A stretch of DNA of 64,000 nucleotides from Chrysomallon squamiferum (lineage: Eukaryota; Animalia; Mollusca): positions 13,764,001-13,828,000 of the forward strand of contig CM022672.1 of assembly GCA_012295275.1 (NCBI GenBank), given 5' to 3'. The notes under the pieces are model-generated. The model was not told where the DNA came from, did no database searches, and worked only from the letters and a program-made list of their open reading frames with translations. Shown one piece after another: positions 55,570-64,000 of this stretch (position 1 is its first letter; every line of letters begins with the position of its first letter). The position numbers and the translations under genes are program-made.

Positions 55570-57419
55570 ATTGTTGTAGCTGTAGCAGTAGTAGCTATAA
55601 TAATGTTAGCAGTAGTGATAGTAGTATCTGTAGCAGTAGTAGCATATCTTTTTCTAATGCAATGGAAACAACAACAATAATTATTATTTCTTATAGTAAT
55701 GATAACAATACACATCTGGCTGTTAGAATAATAATAATAATCGTTGAGGTTGTCATCAACCTTATCATCATCATCATTACTGATCTTTAAGAACTAACAG
55801 TAATTATATCGTTAGCTTGCTAGCGGTAAAGGCTATTATGTACTAATATATGTATATATGTTATGTATCTATCCCTTGTCATTTAATAGTTACTTTTTTC
55901 TTCTTGTACTCACACTGTGAAACCGAAAGTTGGTTTATCCCACTATATTTTTTTAAAACTTATTTCACTTATTTCTTATTTCGGTACCCAGTTCCAAATA
56001 AATAATATGACTCCAGTGCAGTTTGTTTAAACTGTATTATGCTTTAAATATTCTAAGCGAAATATCATAGTACTTTAGTGTTTTCCTTCGCATACCAAGT
56101 TTGGAAAAGCCAAACATAAATCAAACGATATCAGTGTATCCCTTGCATTGAAATGGAATGTTCGTAAATACAGATAGAGAGATATTCCATTTCTGGAATG
56201 TAGGGAGGTTGCAGCTATTGGAAACTATCATTATCACAAACTGTCAAGAATTGTGATTGGTACTGGCCTTGATTGGGTTCGCAGTTTGGAATTCTACTAA
56301 TGAACAACTAAACCTAACAAGTTTATGGTAAAGGGTGAGAAAATTTCGGACGGCTGATTTCAATAAAAATAGACAGCTTTTATCTGGGGATTCCTGGAAA
56401 ACGGGCGAAAGCGCATTCTTGAGGTATAAAAGAGCGAGACATTTTTGGTAAAAATATTGTTTGCAGACGTGTATTCAGCAGACGAAGAAGCAGTGAAATA
56501 CACATTGCTACATTAAGGCATAGTATACTAGTAGCAGAAGTAATTCATTGTAATTTTATTCTGCATTAGTTGTGTGTGTGTGTGTGTGTGCTTATGCTAG
56601 TTTAATTCGTGGTTTATTGAAATGAAACTGTATAAAATAAAAATATAAATTATATGTAGGTACATATACCATCGTAAGCGCAGCTGAAGTAATTCATCGT
56701 GATTTTATTCTATACTGATTATCTGTTTATGCTTGTTTAATATCTGGACTGTGAAAAGTAAGAAGCACCTGTCCAGTGTTCACGTTTTCTTTAAAATATG
56801 TAGCCATAGTAATTTTCATTTACATAACAGTTCAGTAAATATGACAAGATATTTGAACAAAATATTCAGAATTTTCCATTAAATATTATCAAAGATAAAA
56901 ATCTAATAAAATTAACTTTCATTAGTAATATTTTTCACTTATTTTTAATTTTTCATACAATATAATTTGTTAAAAAAAAAATAATAATAAAAAAAATCGA
57001 ATTTAAAAAAAAAAAAAAAAAATCTTGATACTGCGGTTCACGATTAACAAGGAGGAAAATAAAACAAACGAATGGCTCGATCGTGGGTATCGGCATACCT
57101 AAAAGGGCAGTCTATCTAACAAGTCTAGCACGTGTTCTAAAAATAGCCTCAGACCACGAGGAAAAGTTCTCACGGTATGAGTGAAGCACATTTATGGTAA
57201 GTTCAAATCTGTGAGTAATACATGATCAGGGTATGGTGAATAGTGTAACTCCAATACTGGTTTCACAACTACGTTGCGCTAACGCAGGTAAAATCTCTAA
57301 TAATGAGAAACAGTAGATGTAAAATATCGATTTGTAATTACCGAATTCTAAATAAAATATCAGTAAAATGTAAAAATGTATAAATGTAAATATAATTCAG
57401 TTTGCAGATCGGCTGGATA

Positions 57420-57478
<59 letters not shown>

Positions 57479-60400
57479 AATTATTATTAATATTTATTTC
57501 TTCTCCCAATTTCATCTTAATATAACAGCTTATTCTGTGACATCATTTTCATTTAAATGTTACTTCAAGTTCCTACGAGCTTGTACTGAGTTTGTACATT
57601 TTGTTTCTTGTTATGACAAAACATTGTTTTGTTAATCTGTTTAACTTTTTATTTCTGAATCAGCATAGTAAATATGTATGTTTGTATATATGTACATGTA
57701 TGAATGTGGCGTGTGTGTGTGTGTGTATAATATATGTATATATGTGTGTATGTGTGTTTGTGTGTGTGTGTGTGTGTTTGTGGGCTATGTAGGTATATTT
57801 ACGAATGTCATTGGTTGGTGAATTTGTATGCATGTGTATAAACAAAAAACAACAACAAACAAAGAAAAAAAAAAAAAAAAAAAAAAAACAACACCAACAA
57901 CTACAAAAAAAAAAAAAAAAAAAAAAAAAACACGAAAGAACAAAAAAAAAAAAAAAAACGCACCACCCCCAATATATCATTAACAGACTATCAAGTACAT
58001 TAATGTATTACTTCCCACAAACCACCATGCAGCGAAACGTTCTTACACAACATTCACAAACAGACGATGTTAGAGACCAAGAGAGAAACTGAGAACGACA
58101 AATAAATAAAACACATAAACTGAACATAGTGTGTGTGTGTGTGTGTGTTTGAGAGAGAGAGAGAGAGGAATGAATTTGTTTATCTGTACGTTTGTGTTGT
58201 GCCTGCATGCATGTATGAGTATTTGTAAGTATGCATGGATTTACTGTATATTTGGGTTTGTTGTATTTGTGTGTAAATGTAATTTTTACGTGTTATGGAT
58301 GTGTTTGTGTGTAAATATCTGTTCACTCTTTATGGATATGGTTCTTTTTTTTTTTTTTTTTTTTTTAATGGGTATATATGAGTATATATACCCATATCGG
58401 ACCAGAATTTCAGAACGCATTAACATTATGATGATCAACGTTCAAGATAAAATTTAAAAAAAAAGGAAAATATAAAATAGGAATGATTAGCGGAGGGTGT
58501 GCCTCCTTTCCCGAGTTTGGTATTTGAAATATGGCAATTTCCTTTAAAGACGGTAATTAATAACAAGCCATAAGAGTCACCCTGGCTTATTTTTACAATT
58601 AAATACACTGGTAAAATAATTTATCCAAATAACTAAACATCATGTATTAATGTAACGTAAATTTCACCAAGAACAGACATTGAAAATATTGTCTTCTTCT
58701 ACCGAATAATACAGTTAGTTATGTTTCTAATAAGTGGAATTTAGACATACTTGTTTACAGAGATGGTAAGTATTTCAAATATTTTATCACGAAGAATGCA
58801 CACAGCCATGCAGTGACACCGCGCCTGGATGCAGATAAGGAAAAAGATACGGAACAGTCGTAATGGCTTAGGAAGAAGGAGCTAAATGGGAAGGGATCAG
58901 ACATCTGTCTGTCTAACCCAGTCCCACTTTCGTTAATCTTGCTTGTGATTTACAGTGGAACTGAGGCAATTTTCGACGTGTTGGTTGGCACAAGCTGTTA
59001 CGAAACGAGCCATACTGGATACGTAATTCACGAAACATGGGTTGTCCATTTCGCTTAATGAGTTTACAAGCCTCGATGACGTCATTTGTCTTTACACTGT
59101 CAAGTTCTCAAATACTATCCTTAAGTACAAGCTGTTTCCGAGAGTCATTACAACTAAAAAAAAATTATATAACACGAAATGATTTAACAGAAACCGTGGA
59201 GTGTAAATTTCCTACCTTTAGGAAATTGCATATAAAATAAAGGTACACACTTGAGATTTTTGTTTTCTTAAACAGATATGCAAATACAAAGTCTATACAG
59301 CTAAAAGATAAGAGCACTCCACAGTGTAAGAGAGGCAACTTATCTCGTCGACACAGTTATTACAAAATCATTAGACAGGCCACCTAATAACAGTTAGTGA
59401 CCATAACTTTAAGCTGTCTTTGCGAAACAAATTCATTCGTTTGTTAACGAGTCCTGCTGGATCAAAGTTTGATGTTCATATCGCAGTGCATTCTTTGTCA
59501 GATGTTTTTCTCATCGTTTTAACGTTATTATGGATCTTAGCGTCGTCTATCGGCTGTAATAATATCTCATAACTAACTTGTTTTTATTTGCCCGGATCTG
59601 AAACTGATAGAGCACTCGATCCAGTCCCAGAAGCTGTTATTCAAGAAGGATAATCACTTGAACATATACTGGTTAACTAGAGCACGGGGAATTGAGGGTG
59701 CATATCAAAGTGTGATTACTAGACAATATGTAATATTTTTGTTTCTTTTTAGAATGAAAAAAATATCGTCTCGTTTCCGCACGTTTCCATTAAAAATTCA
59801 AGAACTCCTGGCCATAACAAGCAATGGTAATCGAAACTGAATGAAAATCGCTTTTCAACTGGTATCGGTCTTGGTTCACTGGCTTCCCTCTAAAAACAAC
59901 AACAATACAAAAATAGCTCAAATATACTCTAATTTTTTTACCAGAACTTAGAGAGTGGGAAAACTATCTTCTTGTTTTGCGATAGCCACCTGTACTTTAT
60001 CATAAGGCTCATCTCAACTCCCGTGTTTCTGTTATTTACTGTCCGCGAATCATAAGAATCGTATCCAGTATATACATTTCATAACTCGTAACATGACTTG
60101 CTCAGTCATGAGACAACCCCTCTGTTTAATTTAACACCATATTAGTTAATAACGCTGTCATTGACACAGAAGTCACATATAAACCTGTAAATAAAGTAAT
60201 CATATTTTTAGTGCAGATAGACCAAAGTCACAGAGACACAGACAGAGAAACACACACAGTATAAGAATATTTTATAAGGTAATAATGTCCCCATAGCGAT
60301 ATTATGATTATTTCTAATAAATTAACTAATTATGTATAGGAATGTTTGAAAATCTTATTTTTAATCTGTCTCTATCTATTTCATTTTGAATGACACACAA

Positions 60401-60641
60401 ATGCTTCGGCAAAGCCTCCGTCGATCAGGTTTTTTTTTTGTTTTTTTTTTTAAATGCCGGTTATAATGTTTTTTTGAATGTTCCGAGTGTCTACAAAGGA
60501 AATGAACGGGCACAGAATAAACCTGATTTTGTTTATATATTCCAGACTGAGATTTTGTCATCTTTACAATTACGTGAATTTTATCTCGAGTCTCCTCTCA
60601 ATGCGCCGTCGCTGTTGGTGTAGTTGTTGCAGAAATTTCGC

Positions 60642-60761
60642 ATGGAGAACAAAGAGAATAACGAGGATTCGGAAGTCATGGATAAAATGATCCCAGAAGC
60701 GGAAGAAGTGAATAAATATGACAATGATTTGAAGACAGTAAGCATTACTAATACAAAACAG

Positions 60762-60843
<82 letters not shown>

Positions 60844-61832
60844 AAGTTCGAAGAAAAATAATTATTCGAAAAATTAAACTCTTAAATACCTAAATTAAAT
60901 ATTTCATTTTAAAAAACAGACTAACAAATTAATTAACACTAGCAATACATAATAAAGATTAGTTTTAATAGAGCTTTGATATCTTATTCTGTTTGTTTTT
61001 AAATTTATTAATTATTTTTAATGTATAAAAAGGAAAATGTCTGTATTTTCTTTTTCGTTTTATGAAAACACAGTCACATCATACAGACGAGACGTCAGAG
61101 GAAGATATTCAGGTAGAAACTGAAAAGCTTCCCGAGGCACTAGACGGGGGATATGGATGGGTTATCGTTCTTTCGTCAGCTTTAATTCACTGTATAATTG
61201 GTAACAAATTTATGTATCTATCTGTATGTGAATGTGTTGTTGTTTTTTTGTGTTTTTTTCTGGATTTGTGGGTTTTTGTGTACTATTATCATAATAAATG
61301 ATTTTCCCCATTTAATTTCAGTCTATTTTTGAATTATTTATTGTTGTTGTTATTTGTTGCATGAAGAGATGGTTGTCGAGAAACTCATAATTGTATCTTG
61401 AATGTTATACCCACCACAAGAATGATAACACCTTTACTAAAATTATTTTAGCTCTGCTGTTATCTGAATAATATATGTAAAAATGTAACAGGTCATCATT
61501 CGTAGTTTTCGAAGTCTCGTCTTTAATTTGAAGTCTGTAACGTTAGAGTACTACGTCAAACAGGTAGCGTTCTGTACAAGAAGAGGAAATGACGTGAACA
61601 TGCAGTGTTTTCTGTATTGCAGGAGGTATGGAAAGAGCAGAAGGAATTCTGTATCTGAAATTCATCGACAGATTTCAGCAGAGTGCAGTAGCTACAGCAT
61701 GGGTTTTCTCCCTTTGTACGGCGATAAGACTGGTTTTAGGTGAATTTTGTTTACTTTCTTTTTTCTTTTTTTTTTTAATGTATTTCTATTTTAATTTTAT
61801 TATAAATTATTTATTATTATTATTATTATTAT

Positions 61833-61864
<32 letters not shown>

Positions 61865-62264
61865 ATAGTAGTAGCAGCAGCAGCAGTAGTTGTAGTAGTA
61901 GAATAGTAGTAGTAATGGTACTAATATTTTTGTTATATATTTGTATTATTATTGTTATTTTAAGAGAAAAATAACAGCTAAGGTAAAGAATAAACGCTTA
62001 ACCACATCATAGCATATTTTCATACTGTGTGTTTAACAAACACAGTTGATATTAAAGAGGAAACCCGTTGCCGTCTCTTCCAGTGCTTCTTTTATCCATT
62101 AACATCAAGGGTACCTTTATATAATAAGCAGCTTTCGTCAGTAAAACTGCAGGAATCACATAATTAGCATGATTCTTAGAGCACAAAACGAAAAGTCAAA
62201 TAACCATTGGAAGTTCCTTACAGTGTTGATCCCTCGTTCTACCACTGAACAGTAATAGAGAGAG

Positions 62265-62296
<32 letters not shown>

Positions 62297-62679
62297 CCAA
62301 GGTTAATGATTAATTTGTGGTTTTCTACGCAGGGCCAGTGGCCAGTGGTTTAAGTAATCGGTTCAGCTGTCGCAAGACGGTCATTGCAGGAGGTCTGGTT
62401 TCATCTCTAGGTATGTTTCTCTCCGGTTTCACGAAAGACTTGATCCAGCTGAATTTCACGTATGGCGTCGTCTCAGGTGTGTTCAGGTTTGGTTACGTCA
62501 CTTTTAGTAAGATACACTAACTAGTCCGCGGGGAGACGAAAGATCAAAGGCAAAGAGATAAACAGACATGTGTGGACGTTAATATAAATATTTTATTGTG
62601 ATGAATTTCTAATTTTTTGATATATTTGTTTGTTACCATGGAAGAAAAAAATCTGAAATATTACTGTTTCCTAGGGGAA

Positions 62680-62736
<57 letters not shown>

Positions 62737-63603
62737 ACATACATACATACATACACACGTACTCACACACACATACATACATACACACGTACACACAGTT
62801 TAACTTCAAACTGTTCATTATAACGTCTGGAAATGATAATATTCTATGTTTGGTTAAATAACAGTTATTTTTAATAATTCCTTTATGAACTTTACAGATC
62901 TAAATTTAAACTCTGTCTACATCTAGTTTCAGACAGAGCTGTAGTTGGGGAATTTGCATTAACTTGTTTTCTTAATTTTGGTTCCTTCTCTCTCTCACCA
63001 TCATACCAAAAAATTTCCTCCTAGGAAACACGCACACATATTTTATTCAGAACAGTCTTATTGTCTGTTCTGTATTTACTATGTACATGTATGTTGCTGT
63101 GTAAATAACCAGGTACTGATGATATATAATTTATTATTTTATTTATTCATTGGATGTAAATCCCGTTTTCACTTTTATTTTTTTTTCATTATTATTTATT
63201 CAGATATTGGAAGAACTTTTGGTCTGTGCATCAACTCTAATAACTACCGGTCCTTACTTCAAAACTGTTTTTAAAAAACTATTTTATTTATTCACTGGGT
63301 GGAAAATACCCTTTTCACTCATTTATTGTTTTATTCAGGTATTGGAAGATGTTTGGTCTACACACCAGCTCTGATCATCACTGGTCATTACTTTGACAGG
63401 AGGCGTGGTTTAGCTGTTGGACTAGCGACCTCTGGCGTCGGTGTTGGTACTTTTCTCATACCACCTGCCATCGAGTTTATGTTTGAAAAATACACGTTTT
63501 TTGGCGTTTTCCTCATTCTGTCTGCGTTGTTTTTGAATTTTCTTGTATGTGGAGCAATGCTCAGGCCCTTTTCAGTTCACAAGAGAATATCAGAATTAAA
63601 AAG
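60642..63603 (+). CDS. SLC16: Monocarboxylate transporter (SLC16/MCT family, MFS), 3'-partial; exons 60642-60737, 61074-61200, 61623-61739, 62333-62476, 63339-63603
   Basis: SLC16 signature motifs DGGYGWVIV (before TM1) and YFDRRRGLAVGLATSGVG (loop 4-5) are present, and the GT-AG introns are phase-consistent. The gene continues beyond the window. The first exon and start codon are less certain than the TM exons. Confidence 0.9.
63135..63260 (+). pseudogene. Partial duplicate (pseudo-exon) of an SLC16 exon acceptor and first ~57 nt
   Basis: TATTTTATTTATTCA...TTTTCACT...TTTATTCAG|ATATTGGAAGAACTTTTGGTCT...CTCTAATAACTACCGGTCCTTACTT mirrors 63280-63394 (TTTATTCAG|GTATTGGAAGATGTTTGGTCT...CTCTGATCATCACTGGTCATTACTT), with a 1-nt insertion in the exon-derived part. 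Confidence 0.85.
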
Positions 63604-63701
63604 GTAACAGATTTAAAAAAAAAAAAAAAAAGGGAAAGTTTCATTAGTCTTTTTACCATCTTTTTAATTAATTTTTTTTTTTTTTAATTTTAAAGTTGTT
63701 T

Positions 63702-63754
<53 letters not shown>

Positions 63755-64000
63755 TATAATAAATAATAAATAAATAAATAAATAAATAATGGAATGTAGA
63801 AACATGAGAAATATGAAGTTAGTAATTCTAGGTTATCATTCACAGATGAAAATACTGATGTACGGATATTACCGTCCGGACAGTAAAATCACAAATGTCA
63901 CAAATGTAGATAATATATAGATGAAGGTATCCAGACGATTAAAAAAATCAAAGGCAAATAAATTTGATTGTTATTCCATTTTTTTTTTTTTTTTTTTTTT

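Noticed and set aside
60546-60641. Stop-codon readthrough or selenocysteine extension upstream of the SLC16 ATG (in-frame TAG at 60621)
   Set aside because: The stop is TAG rather than TGA, and the upstream frame shows no family similarity. An in-frame stop in a 5' UTR or intron is ordinary.

Overview
This is AT-rich, microsatellite-laden, intron-containing animal genomic DNA. It looks invertebrate and probably molluscan/lophotrochozoan, which is an inference from the actin N-terminus, actin intron position and repeat landscape. Most ORFs in the supplied track are low-complexity artefacts, so I assembled genes by hand from GT-AG exons with matching phases. Six protein-coding genes were found: (1) the 3' end of an ankyrin-repeat/SOCS-box gene (+); (2) a ~1000-aa protein of six tandem SOD-fold repeats of the Cu-only type with a probable GPI-anchor signal (-, 5' end unresolved); (3) a complete 15-exon GPAT3/4 acyltransferase (-); (4) ATP synthase subunit e (+), head-to-head with GPAT; (5) a two-coding-exon actin (-) with four perfect CArG boxes and an unusual Asp at the conserved Cys257 position; (6) the 5' part of an SLC16/MCT transporter (+). 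Also present are several MITE-like elements, a dispersed repeat family, a minisatellite and many microsatellites. The most interesting items are the SOD-repeat protein, in which only the two membrane-proximal repeats keep all Cu ligands, and local duplications of 'intron end + exon start' that create decoy 3' splice sites in two or three unrelated genes. No rRNA, tRNA or CRISPR array was seen, and I cannot claim a wholly new system from sequence alone.
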